DNA of 64,000 bases from Candidatus Kaiserbacteria bacterium (GCA_016204695.1 JACQKD010000014.1:88170-152169), one strand, 5' to 3'. Counted from the first letter of the stretch, positions 28,889 to 38,370 are shown. The notes: generated by a model not told the origin, from the sequence alone. A program made the numbers and translations.

Positions 28889-30064
28889 ATGGAATATATG
28901 AAAACCGTCGCGGTATTTTTCGGGGGCAGAAGTTCAGAGCATGATGTCTCCATCATCACCGCGCACACGCCCATCATCGAATCACTCCTCGCGACCGGAG
29001 AATACGATGTATGGCCGGTCTATATCGCAAAAGACGGCTCGTGGTACGCCGACAAAGCGATGAACAACATCGCCTATTTCAAACAGGACGGTTGGGAAAC
29101 AAAAATCGCCGCGCAGAAAAAAGTACAGATACTCTTCGACAACGGCCTCACGCTCGTCTGGCCGGGACTCATGCAAAAAACGGTTCGTATGGACATCGCA
29201 TTTCCGGCAATGCATGGCACCTACGGCGAGGACGGCAGTTTGATGGGACTTCTGCGCATGGCGAATGTGCCGTTTGTCGGATGCGATATCTTTGCGTCCG
29301 CCGTCGCGATGGACAAGGCACTCACCAAGCAAGTACTCGCCGCCGAAGGCGTCCCTATTGTGCCGTTCGTGTGGTTTACCAAGCACGACTGGGAGCAGAA
29401 TACAGACGAGCTGAAAGAAAAAATAGTACGACTCCGTTGGCCTCTTTTTGTGAAGCCGGTACACCTCGGCTCCAGCATCGCAATCGCGAAAGTCAAAGAC
29501 GAACCCCAGCTTGAAAACGCGATTGAGGTCGCACTCCATTACGATGACAAAGTACTCGTCGAGGAAAGTGTGGAAAACCTCATCGAAGTGACGCTCCCCA
29601 TCATGGGCAACGACGAACCGCGACCGGCGGGAATTGAGCGGCCGTTCAACAAAGCCGAGTTTTATGATTTCAATGACAAATATCTCTCCGGCAACAAAAC
29701 AGGCGGGGGAGTCAACAGCCAGTACAGCGAGATACCGGCACAGATTGACGCGGAGCTGGCGAAACAAGTGGAAGATTTCGGCACGCGGACATACCGCGTC
29801 CTCGGATGCACCGGCATTGCGCGCGTGGATTTCCTCATAGAAAGCGAACGGAAGCAGGTGTACGTCAACGAAGTCAACACGCTCCCGGGCAGTCTCTACG
29901 CCCACAATTGGAAAACCGTCGGCATATCGAGCGTGGAGCTCGTACAAAAATTGGTCGCATTCGCGGAAGAACGTTTTGCCGCACATCAGAACCTCACCTA
30001 CACCTTTGATTCGGATATTCTCAAAAAGGCGGGTATTCCAAAAAGTCCGGGAGGCACCGCGTAA
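28889..30064 (+). CDS. ddl: D-alanine--D-alanine ligase
   Basis: GGRSSEHDVS, HGTYGEDG, VKPVHLGSSI, FYDFNDKY, ARVDF and EVNTLPG motifs. Confidence 0.93.
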   Translation: MEYMKTVAVFFGGRSSEHDVSIITAHTPIIESLLATGEYDVWPVYIAKDGSWYADKAMNNIAYFKQDGWETKIAAQKKVQILFDNGLTLVWPGLMQKTVRMDIAFPAMHGTYGEDGSLMGLLRMANVPFVGCDIFASAVAMDKALTKQVLAAEGVPIVPFVWFTKHDWEQNTDELKEKIVRLRWPLFVKPVHLGSSIAIAKVKDEPQLENAIEVALHYDDKVLVEESVENLIEVTLPIMGNDEPRPAGIERPFNKAEFYDFNDKYLSGNKTGGGVNSQYSEIPAQIDAELAKQVEDFGTRTYRVLGCTGIARVDFLIESERKQVYVNEVNTLPGSLYAHNWKTVGISSVELVQKLVAFAEERFAAHQNLTYTFDSDILKKAGIPKSPGGTA

Positions 30065-30121
30065 CAACTCATACACACCCCCGCGACACAAGCATCAACG
30101 GCGGGATGTATACTATGTTCC

Positions 30122-30388
30122 ATGGAACATATGCAAAACAAAACGAGCATCATCGCGATCGGCGCGGCAATTGTGGTCATTCTCATCGCCGCGCTTTCAT
30201 ATTGGTACTGGCAGGGTGTTCGAGAAGCGCCGCCTCCGGCCGAGCCGGCAGACACTTCATCGTCGCAGACAGCTTCGACGACACCGTCCGTAGCGCCGCC
30301 GTCGGCGAATCCGCTCGACGAAGTGACGCCCATAGCAAATCCCATTGAAAAAACTAACCCGTTCGACTATGAAAACCCGTTTGAATAG
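30122..30388 (+). CDS. small membrane-anchored Pro/Ser-rich protein
   Basis: TM followed by a low-complexity tail ending NPF..NPFE. Confidence 0.7.
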   Translation: MEHMQNKTSIIAIGAAIVVILIAALSYWYWQGVREAPPPAEPADTSSSQTASTTPSVAPPSANPLDEVTPIANPIEKTNPFDYENPFE

Positions 30389-32111
30389 CGCCGTGGCTAC
30401 GATGGCGTCCCTCGCCATCTCCGCCATCCTCATCACCGCCGCATACGCACAATCACCCGACGATATCATCTATCCCATCGGAGCGTTGGGGAATTGCGAG
30501 AGCAAAGAGGCGTGTCGGGCATATTGCGACATCGCCGAACATCATGCGGCATGCCAAGCATTTGCTGAAAAACATAATCTTGATGACGAGTCGGGCGACA
30601 AATTCGATATGGCGGTGAAAGACGGCGGACCGGGCGGATGTGCCGCAGGCGCCGCCGACCCGCGCGATGCGTGCCGGCAGTATTGCGATTCCATGGATCA
30701 CATGCGGGAATGTGTCGCATATGCGGAGTCGCACGATCTGATGGACGAAACGGAGCTTGCGGAAGCCCACCGCGTCATTGCCGCACTTGACCGGGGCGCG
30801 ACGCTTCCGCCCGGTTGCACCAATGAGGAGCGCTGTCACGAGCTTTGCGAAGCGCCCCCGGATGTGGCAACTGCGCGGCAGTGTTTCGCGTTTGCCGAAG
30901 CCGCCGGACTCCTGCCTCCGGACGTTGATCGGGAAAAGGCGGAGATGATGTTCAAGGCGATCGAAGAGGGCAGAGCGCCGTTTAAGACACCCAAGGAATT
31001 CGAACAATGCGAAAATCCGTCGAGCGACGAAATCATGCAAAAGTGCATCGACTTCGGCCTTGAGAACGGCTTTCTTTCGGACGAAGAAGCGGAAATGGTG
31101 AAGAAGACCGGCGGCAAAGGGCCGGGCGGCTGTCGCGGCAAAGAGCAGTGCGAGGCGTACTGCAGTACGCACCAAGACGAGTGTTTTGCATTCGGCGTCG
31201 AGCACGGCATGATCAAGCCGGAGGATAGGGAAATGATGAAGGAGGGTATCCATCGTTTCAAAGAGGGTTTCGCAAAGGCTCCGCCGGAAGTGAAAGAATG
31301 TCTTGAGGAAAGCCTGGGCGCGGACACGCTTGATCAGATGCTCTCCGGAGCGACTATGCCGACCGAAGAACTCGGACAAAAAATGCGTGCGTGTTTCGAA
31401 AACCATTTCGGGGAAGAGGGCGGCATGATGGAAGGAGAGGGCGCAAAGGGCGGCATGTCCGGCAAGCAATTCCCTCCCGAAGTGAAAGCGTGCCTCGAAT
31501 CAAAAATCGGCGCGGAAGGAGTGAAAAAAATGCTTGAAGATGGTCCCGATCCGTCACTCGAAAGCGCGATGAAAGGATGCTTCCAAGGAATGATGCAGAA
31601 CAAACAGGGAGAAGAAAGGTACGACGATAAGGAAGCATCATCACAGGGATTCCAAGGAGAATTCAAGGGTCCCGGCGGATGCACCGATCCCGAAGAGTGT
31701 AAGCGCTACTGCGCCGAACATCCGGAAGCATGCGGTATGAAGCGCGATGCGACAGGTTTTCCGGCCGGCGCCAATCCGGAAGAAATAGAACAGATGATGC
31801 GCGAAAAGATGATGCAGGAAGGCCGCGAGCAATATATGCAAGAGAATGAGGGACAGTTTCCCGGAGAAATGAACCCTGAAGACAGGGAACGAATGATGGA
31901 AGAAAAATATGAAGAGATGGAACGAGACGACAATATGTCCGAGAACTTCCACGAGGAAAATGAAGATCCGGGAACATACGACAGGCCGGCGGAAGAGCCG
32001 CAAGAACACACCGAACCGTCCGAACCGGCACCGACAAGTCGTCTCCCGCAAATCGGCGGAAGCAGTCTGATCGCGAACGTCGTCTCGATCCTGCTCGCCT
32101 TGCTGTGGTAA
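30369..32111 (+). CDS. secreted Cys-rich repeat protein
   Basis: Signal peptide; repeated GPGGC...C..YC units; Met/Glu-rich tail; hydrophobic C-terminus. Confidence 0.8.
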   Translation: MKTRLNSAVATMASLAISAILITAAYAQSPDDIIYPIGALGNCESKEACRAYCDIAEHHAACQAFAEKHNLDDESGDKFDMAVKDGGPGGCAAGAADPRDACRQYCDSMDHMRECVAYAESHDLMDETELAEAHRVIAALDRGATLPPGCTNEERCHELCEAPPDVATARQCFAFAEAAGLLPPDVDREKAEMMFKAIEEGRAPFKTPKEFEQCENPSSDEIMQKCIDFGLENGFLSDEEAEMVKKTGGKGPGGCRGKEQCEAYCSTHQDECFAFGVEHGMIKPEDREMMKEGIHRFKEGFAKAPPEVKECLEESLGADTLDQMLSGATMPTEELGQKMRACFENHFGEEGGMMEGEGAKGGMSGKQFPPEVKACLESKIGAEGVKKMLEDGPDPSLESAMKGCFQGMMQNKQGEERYDDKEASSQGFQGEFKGPGGCTDPEECKRYCAEHPEACGMKRDATGFPAGANPEEIEQMMREKMMQEGREQYMQENEGQFPGEMNPEDRERMMEEKYEEMERDDNMSENFHEENEDPGTYDRPAEEPQEHTEPSEPAPTSRLPQIGGSSLIANVVSILLALLW

Positions 32112-32157
32112 CAGATGCCGCCCGAGGAAAAGTATAGTACTATGTGCCCGTTGAACA

Positions 32158-32229
32158 CGGGCTATAGTGTAGCGGCAACATGCATGCATGGGGTGCATGA
32201 GACGCTGGGTTCGACTCCCAGTAGCCCGA
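32158..32229 (+). tRNA. tRNA-Pro(GGG)
   Basis: CGGGCTA/TAGCCCG acceptor, CATGC-ATGGGGT-GCATG, CTGGG-TTCGACT-CCCAG. Confidence 0.92.
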
Positions 32230-32401
32230 CAATGGAGCTTTTGGCGGAATTGTCGGGCTGAGAAAAGCGCCTGCGCGCTTTTCGTCTGGGAGTCGAAAGG
32301 TGGAGCCATGTCGAGAGAAGCGAGACGAGCGAGCCGAGGCCACGAGCACTTAGGATTTTACGAACGAAGTGGAGTAAAATACTTAGTGACTCGGGCCGAC
32401 T

Positions 32402-32501
32402 CCCTACGGGAGCAGTACACCTTGCGGCTCTTTTGCTTCGGCGTACGCCTCGCAAAACAGCTCGCAAGATCTTGAGGAAGCTCCAAGTATTCGCTTCCTC
32501 A
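32402..32501 (-). repeat. structured element copy D (100 bp, intergenic)
   Basis: Minus strand TGAGGAAGCGAATACTTGGAGCTTCCTCAAGA-TCTTGCG...CGCAAGG-TGTACTGCTCCCGTAGGG. Confidence 0.9.
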
Positions 32502-32658
32502 ACCTAGTAGCCCGACCGCAGGGAGGAATACCTCGTCGGGGCGTAAGTAAAACTTGCCCCGACTGCGCTCGGAGGAAATAAATGCTAGCATTTATTCGCT
32601 CCTCACTGGTCGTGGTAGTACAGTGGCAATATACACGCTTTGGGGTTCTTCACATTGT

Positions 32659-32729
32659 CGGGGCGTAGTACAGTGGCAGTATACACGCTTCGGGTGCGTG
32701 AGACCCGAGTTCGATTCTCGGCGCCCCGA
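32659..32729 (+). tRNA. tRNA-Pro(CGG)
   Basis: CGGGGCG/CGCCCCG acceptor, CACGC-TTCGGGT-GCGTG, CCGAG-TTCGATT-CTCGG. Confidence 0.92.
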
Positions 32730-32790
32730 CAATGTGAAGAACCGAGTGTCTGGGAGACACTCGTGGCTCCGTAGATGGTAATCATAGTAT

Positions 32791-33219
32791 ATGAAATGGT
32801 ATTTTGCGTCACGAACGAGACATCAGGGAAAATTGGCCGACCTCTCCGGACAGCTCGAAAATCTCGGAGAGGAAATAGCGTCCCAGTGGGTCTACATAAC
32901 TGACTCCCTCAAGCCCTACCACGAGCATCCGGATAAAGTACATCCTATAGCTGAAATGGATATCAGAGGCGCATTTGGGTGTGACGTGTTTGTCCTCATA
33001 AGCGATCCCGAAGGTACCGATATGTTTGCCGAACTCGGCGCGGCCCTGGCAAAAGCCGCTCTTTCTCCGGAGAAGATCACCGTGTACGTCGTCGGGGAAC
33101 ACGCCAAACGATCACTTATCCAATGTCATCCCGCCATCACACACGTATCGACAGTGCGAGACGTCCTCATGCGAGAACATATAAATACTGAAAATATTGT
33201 GGTGCCTGATTTTGTGTAG
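32791..33219 (+). CDS. nucleoside 2-deoxyribosyltransferase-like protein
   Basis: MKWYFAS, CDVFVLI and GTDMFAELGAALA pattern. Confidence 0.65.
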   Translation: MKWYFASRTRHQGKLADLSGQLENLGEEIASQWVYITDSLKPYHEHPDKVHPIAEMDIRGAFGCDVFVLISDPEGTDMFAELGAALAKAALSPEKITVYVVGEHAKRSLIQCHPAITHVSTVRDVLMREHINTENIVVPDFV

Positions 33220-33230
33220 CGCACCCAACT

Positions 33231-33260
33231 TGTGCACTCTGGAAGATTCGAACTTCCGAC
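33231..33260 (-). repeat. 30-bp duplicate of tRNA-Val 3' end (att-like)
   Basis: TGTGCACTCTGGAAGATTCGAACTTCCGAC identical to 34781-34810. Confidence 0.93.
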
Positions 33261-33377
33261 ATCATCGGTTATTCGCGAGAATAAGCTTACCGATGATCAT
33301 ATCCTCTTTGAGATCCTCAAATTTGTATACACGGTTCACTTTTCGTTGCTACGTTGGACAATGGTTATAATGGAGCC

Positions 33378-34019
33378 ATGTGTTTTTCGGCGGGAGCAAG
33401 TTTTGTTGCAAGCGGAGGCCTTGCTATTACCGGCGGAGCTTCCTTAAAATTGGCGACAAAAAGACAGAGGATGCTCGCCCTCGTACCATTGTTGTTTGCC
33501 GTCCAGCAGGCGCTTGAAGGCATACAGTGGTTGTATGTAAATGATGGTCAAAGTTCACTCTTTGCCGCATACGCGTTTCTCTTCTTTGGCTTCATTGTGT
33601 GGCCAATCTATGTTCCGTTAGCCCTCTACGAGATCCATCGCCACAAAGTACTTAGATGGTTCATCGGCTCGGGTATATGCACGGCTTTGATATATCTCGT
33701 CGGTTTCCTCACCAATCCTTTGAACGTCACTACTTGGGGACAGAGTATAGATTACGGACATACGGTTCCTTTCCCTTGGATAGCAACTATACTCTACGCG
33801 ATCACGATTTTGGGCACGTTCGTCGTACAAAAAGACCACTTCCTGCTCTTGATAGGGGGTATGATAGGGATTGCGGCGGCCGTAACCCATATCTTTTTTG
33901 TTGCGACATTCGCATCAGTGTGGTGTTTCTTTGCCGCCATCGTGAGCGGTTTGATCTACATCTACATCTGGCGGAGTCGAGCCAAAAACAAGATCCGGAA
34001 AAACAGAAGCCGGAAATGA
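33378..34019 (+). CDS. multi-TM membrane protein (DUF6629-like)
   Basis: Starts MCFSAGASF; QQALEG and FASVWCFFAAI motifs. Confidence 0.8.
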   Translation: MCFSAGASFVASGGLAITGGASLKLATKRQRMLALVPLLFAVQQALEGIQWLYVNDGQSSLFAAYAFLFFGFIVWPIYVPLALYEIHRHKVLRWFIGSGICTALIYLVGFLTNPLNVTTWGQSIDYGHTVPFPWIATILYAITILGTFVVQKDHFLLLIGGMIGIAAAVTHIFFVATFASVWCFFAAIVSGLIYIYIWRSRAKNKIRKNRSRK

Positions 34020-34090
34020 ACACAAAAGCGCGTGGTGCAAACGATCACATATGTGATCTCCCACGCGCTTTGACTATCTAGACACTGTAC

Positions 34091-34549
34091 TTACTTCCTC
34101 AAGCTCCCGACCCAGTACAGGCATACCGGGAAAGACGCGATCGACCCATACAGGTCGACGCACACGTTTGGTTTTTTGAACTCGGCGTCACGCGTTGCAA
34201 GCGCAACGTACACAAACTTTGTGTTGCAACGGCCAATTTTCGCGCCGATCTCCACGAATCCCAAGATTCTGAAGATCTGCTTAGAATAGTAGCGCTCGTC
34301 GCTACCTCCAACCAATTGAAAGTTTTGCAGACACCCTGAAACTAGGGTGTCTGCCGACACCGTCACCGTATCACCGACTTGCAAGCCAGTGGCGGGGTCC
34401 GCTTGCATGTCCGGCAGGAGTGTCGCGTTTTTCTCGTCAAATTTCACCCCTGCAACACGGTGCCGAACTCTAAAGCCGTCCCATGCGGCCCGTGCTAACA
34501 ATTCAGACTTAAGGCGATTCAATACTTCATCATTGACTCTTTCAACCAT
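34091..34549 (-). CDS. hypothetical protein
   Basis: 152-aa ORF with GGAGG upstream of the ATG. Confidence 0.55.
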   Translation of the reverse strand: MVERVNDEVLNRLKSELLARAAWDGFRVRHRVAGVKFDEKNATLLPDMQADPATGLQVGDTVTVSADTLVSGCLQNFQLVGGSDERYYSKQIFRILGFVEIGAKIGRCNTKFVYVALATRDAEFKKPNVCVDLYGSIASFPVCLYWVGSLRK

Positions 34550-34665
34550 GGAAATTCCTCCGCACTGGGGTTAGTGTGGCGCACTGCCACTTTTCCATTG
34601 ACCGGCTACTTGGGACAATAACATATCATATAGTTTTTGTCAAGGGCTATATTGGGATGCACGCT

Positions 34666-34769
34666 CCGTACAGAAACCTCACACCCATTCATTAGATCTT
34701 TTGTTTCGACGTCCGTCTTACAAAAGCTCTCAATGGGTCTCGTGGAAGCTCCACGTATTCGCTTCCTCA
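34666..34769 (-). repeat. structured element copy F (104 bp, just downstream of tRNA-Val)
   Basis: Minus strand TGAGGAAGCGAATACGTGGAGCTTCCACGAGA-CCCATT...AATGGG-TGTGAGGTTTCTGTACGG. Confidence 0.85.
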
Positions 34770-34782
34770 CACTTCGCTCGTG

Positions 34783-34856
34783 TGCACTCTGGAAGATTCG
34801 AACTTCCGACCTCGCCCGTGTGAAGGGCGCGCTCTAGCCAACTGAGCTAAGAGTGC
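34783..34856 (-). tRNA. tRNA-Val(CAC)
   Basis: GCACTCT/AGAGTGC acceptor, CGCCC-TTCACAC-GGGCG, GGAAG-TTCGAAT-CTTCC. Confidence 0.95.
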
Positions 34857-34978
34857 ATCGCTGTATTGATACCACGAGAGTTATCCCAAACCAAGCCAAT
34901 TGACATAGTCTCGGCATAGTATAGTGATCCGTATACGCCGTGCCGGAAGGACGGCATCATTATAACTAGCTGTTTGAT

Positions 34979-35716
34979 ATGAGTCTTCGAAGCCCTTTGG
35001 AGTTATTGAACGACACTATCAGTTTCTATAATGCGCATGCAAAGACCTACGCACTGATCGTCCTCGTACCGGCGATACTGGGCGGGATATTGAGCTATCT
35101 CTCCGAGCGGTATCTTCCGCCGGAAGAGTCGGCGGCCTTCTTTACGGAGCTCGTGGCACTCGGTTCGACACTCTGGATTCTGCTTAGCGGTCTGATACTC
35201 GGAGGAATCGTAAGTATTATCGCATGCATCGCTCTTATATTCTTCACCGCCGATCCGTCACGATATCCTAGCGCCGCAAGCGCCTACTCACACGCAAAAA
35301 CGTATTTCTTCCCCTATCTCTTCGTAGGACTTCTGACGGGTCTTGCCATCATGGGAGGAATGATTCTCCTTATCGTGCCGGGCATCGTCATCGCCGTGTG
35401 GTTTGCATTTTCCCAATACACGTGTCTGCTTGAAGAAAAGAACGGCTTTGAAGCATTGCGGGCGAGCAGGACGCTTGTCGTCGGCCGGTGGGGTGCGGTA
35501 TTCACACGACTTCTCGTGTTTGTTGCGATATATATACTCGCGACATTTGCCTTTATGTCTATCATCGATCAAGCCATATCCGACGATGCGCTCTCGGCGG
35601 GATTGAGTAACCTCCTTCTTGTTATCGTCCTTACACCGATAAGCACCATCTACCCGTACCTTCTTTACAAAGATCTTAAAGCGGCCGACGCAACCAACGC
35701 TTCATCGGCGTCATAA
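34979..35716 (+). CDS. multi-TM membrane protein (GDPD membrane-domain-like)
   Basis: LLIVPGIVIAVWFAF...ALRASRTLVVGRW motif. Confidence 0.8.
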   Translation: MSLRSPLELLNDTISFYNAHAKTYALIVLVPAILGGILSYLSERYLPPEESAAFFTELVALGSTLWILLSGLILGGIVSIIACIALIFFTADPSRYPSAASAYSHAKTYFFPYLFVGLLTGLAIMGGMILLIVPGIVIAVWFAFSQYTCLLEEKNGFEALRASRTLVVGRWGAVFTRLLVFVAIYILATFAFMSIIDQAISDDALSAGLSNLLLVIVLTPISTIYPYLLYKDLKAADATNASSAS

Positions 35717-35720
35717 TCGT

Positions 35721-36926
35721 ATGATATTCGTCTCAAAAATACGGCTCTACATGAACTGCTTGGCGTATGGCGCCGCACTATGCGTCCTGCTCGCGGTACC
35801 GTTGGCCGCATCGGCGCATCTTGATCCTGCGGAAGGCGCGAAGATATACGAGGTGTCGGTCGCCTTGACCGGTGCGTCCATCGTCGACGATGACAATTTC
35901 TTCGGACCGGCAAAACTGCTTTTCGAATACTTCGTCACGCCGACGGATCCCAAACACGACGATGGCACGGGAATCACAAGCAACCCCATTACCATTAACA
36001 GCGGCGAGTCGGTCACATTTGACCCGATCGAAATCTACTCGCACGAACAGTGCGGATGCGCGCAAGATTTCAAATTCCAAATCTTTCTGAAAGACCATTC
36101 ACCGCTTTTCTCCGCGGCAAAAAATGTCGTCCGAGCCGGAGCAAATATTGCTGGCGGATTCGCTGTCGGCGGGCCGGTCGGAGCGACCATATCGGCCGCC
36201 GGTGAGGCGGTGGGCGCCATTACCGACTACGGCATGGGTATGGGCGGCACTGACAAAGAAAAAGCGGCACGGGAGCGTGATCGGTTGCGGCGCGAGTCCA
36301 AAAGTATTGGACGAGTATTTGAGAAGGTCAGTACCAATTGCGACCCCGCAGAGGAAACATTCACTTCCGCCGCAATGGACGGAGAAACACAAAACGGCAC
36401 GCTGACATACCGCATCGAGAAGCATGCGACCGACCGCGCATGCGTCGACGAACCGGTCACCGACGGAGTTCCTCCGGACGAACCGGAGGAAGACGACAGA
36501 CCGCAGTGCATCCTCGAAACGGGGAAGGTGCTCATCGACGGCGAATATTACTGCCCGCAAAGTGCCGTACCGGTCGGTATGAGCTGTGGTTGCCGCGCGG
36601 GATACGAGTGGGCGTATCTCGACAACAAATGTGAGGGGTGTACTCGTGTGAAAAATGATTACTGTCTCGATGCCGTACGCGCCACCATCGAGGACGGCAC
36701 GGGCCAGCTTGAGCCGGAGCTCACACTCGAAGGAGAAAACATGATCAAGTGGACATGGGGACCGATGTCGTGCAAAGCGCAGGGCGCGGTGCTCTTTGAT
36801 ACCGCACATATTCTCCCGGGAGAGACATTCAAACATCGCGAGTACTGCACCAATCTCGAATTCGTCCGCGGCGACCCCACAGGAAGTGACTCCTGCGGCC
36901 TGACATTCCTCTGGAAGTACAAATAG
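35721..36926 (+). CDS. secreted Cys-containing hypothetical protein
   Basis: Signal peptide, glycine-zipper-like GGFAVGGPVGA, Cys-rich C-terminal half. Confidence 0.7.
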   Translation: MIFVSKIRLYMNCLAYGAALCVLLAVPLAASAHLDPAEGAKIYEVSVALTGASIVDDDNFFGPAKLLFEYFVTPTDPKHDDGTGITSNPITINSGESVTFDPIEIYSHEQCGCAQDFKFQIFLKDHSPLFSAAKNVVRAGANIAGGFAVGGPVGATISAAGEAVGAITDYGMGMGGTDKEKAARERDRLRRESKSIGRVFEKVSTNCDPAEETFTSAAMDGETQNGTLTYRIEKHATDRACVDEPVTDGVPPDEPEEDDRPQCILETGKVLIDGEYYCPQSAVPVGMSCGCRAGYEWAYLDNKCEGCTRVKNDYCLDAVRATIEDGTGQLEPELTLEGENMIKWTWGPMSCKAQGAVLFDTAHILPGETFKHREYCTNLEFVRGDPTGSDSCGLTFLWKYK

Positions 36927-37006
36927 CAGTCCCGCGTGCGCTCATCTTGTTTGGCGGTACAATTTTCCCCGAGATGGCGGGCAGTGTGAAAAAAGAAAAG
37001 AAAAAG

Positions 37007-37030
37007 TTTTTGGTGTTTTCGGCGCATCCG
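37007..37030 (+). repeat. 24-bp duplicate of the 5' coding region of the PIG-L gene
   Basis: TTTTTGGTGTTTTCGGCGCATCCG identical to 37690-37713. Confidence 0.88.
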
Positions 37031-37092
37031 TCAAAGAACTCCTGAGTGTAGTAGTGTCTAATCACACCAAAGGAAAAGCGCGGATGATACAT

Positions 37093-37605
37093 CTACACCG
37101 CGCTCGCAACAGTCCGATAATACGTTATTATGCCTAGTATCCCCAGTACTGACACGGGAACGAGCAATATGGACGCCATGCCGGGAAATACAAGCCACGT
37201 TATTGCCATGAGTCCCACGGCAAATGTCGCCAACCGAGAGCACATGTTCGGTTCTCGTAATGGCTTCCCGATGTGGTAGCCGTAGAGAATGACGAGAAGC
37301 AGGATGGCCTGACGAATCCCTTCCACAGCGTACAGATAGAGAGGAAACTCCGTATGGAAAATCATCAGTATGAGGACTGCTTCGATTGCGATCCGATCTC
37401 CGACCACATCCAGAACGCGCCGGAACCATACGATTCTCTCGTTGTGCGCGAGGACAGATCGACGAAACAAGATCCCGTCGAAGATATCGCAAATCATTAG
37501 CCAGAATATTGCTCCGGCCGCTAACCAATACTTTCTCGACCAAATGAACCAAAGAACAAGTGCCGTATTGCATGGCTTGAACAATGTCAGCAACAATCCA
37601 AACAT
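37093..37605 (-). CDS. CDP-alcohol phosphatidyltransferase-like membrane protein
   Basis: DIFDGILFR...LDVVGDR resembles DxxDGxxAR...DxxxD; GGAGGTG RBS. Confidence 0.7.
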   Translation of the reverse strand: MFGLLLTLFKPCNTALVLWFIWSRKYWLAAGAIFWLMICDIFDGILFRRSVLAHNERIVWFRRVLDVVGDRIAIEAVLILMIFHTEFPLYLYAVEGIRQAILLLVILYGYHIGKPLREPNMCSRLATFAVGLMAITWLVFPGMASILLVPVSVLGILGIITYYRTVASAV

Positions 37606-37665
37606 TTTTCACCTCCTTCTAGAAAGTAGTATACTTTGCTGTAAGCTAATCTCTTTGCGCTGCTC

Positions 37666-38370
37666 ATGAAACTGAAACAAAAGAAGAAATTTTTGGTGTT
37701 TTCGGCGCATCCGGACGACCTTGATTTCGGGTGCGCGGGCACGGTCGCACAGCTCACCGCCGAAGGCAATGAGGTTGTCTATTGTATTCTCACCAACGGC
37801 GAGAAGGGCACACACAAAGTAAAGCAGACGAAAAAGGAAATGGTCGCGATGCGCGAACGCGAGCAGAAAGCGGCGGGGAAAGTGGTCGGCGTCCAAAAAG
37901 TCATCTTTTTGCGTAATACCGACGGCGACCTCGAGCATACGAAAGATGTGCGCAAAGAAGTGACGCGGGTGATCAGACGGGAACGGCCGGATGTCGTGCT
38001 CTCGCAAGACCCGGGGAACAACAGCTTCGACAGTTTCGGTCGTTTTCACCGCGACCACCGCATCACCGCCGAGATCGTCTTCGACGCCATCTATCCGGGA
38101 GTCGGCTCCGATTCGTTCTTCCCCGAACTCGCGCAAGAAGACATCTTCCCGCATCAAATCGAAGAGGTATGGTTCTACAGCTCCGAAAAACCGAATTATT
38201 TTGTAAATATCACCGCAACCATCGCACAAAAGATCGCCGCGCTCAAAAGCCACGAGAGCCAGATCAAGGATATGAAAGATATGGAGGCGCGACTGCGCAA
38301 GCGGGCGCGAGATTTCGGGAAAAAGAAAGGCTGGAAATACGCCGAGGCGTTCCGCCGACTAACGTTTTGA
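37666..38370 (+). CDS. PIG-L family deacetylase
   Basis: AHPDD, TNGEKG, REREQ, HRDH, ALKSHESQ and AEAF motifs. Confidence 0.93.
   Translation: MKLKQKKKFLVFSAHPDDLDFGCAGTVAQLTAEGNEVVYCILTNGEKGTHKVKQTKKEMVAMREREQKAAGKVVGVQKVIFLRNTDGDLEHTKDVRKEVTRVIRRERPDVVLSQDPGNNSFDSFGRFHRDHRITAEIVFDAIYPGVGSDSFFPELAQEDIFPHQIEEVWFYSSEKPNYFVNITATIAQKIAALKSHESQIKDMKDMEARLRKRARDFGKKKGWKYAEAFRRLTF

Noticed and set aside
25698-30064. VanH/VanA-like reading of the D-2-hydroxyacid dehydrogenase ... ddl cluster
   Set aside because: The ligase keeps the omega-loop KY of D-Ala-D-Ala ligases, there is no VanX or regulator, and murF-ddl linkage is ordinary.
32606-32780. Intron-containing tRNA-Pro(TGG) enclosing tRNA-Pro(CGG)
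   Set aside because: No matching 3' half (anticodon stem strand, T-arm, acceptor) follows the inverted repeat.
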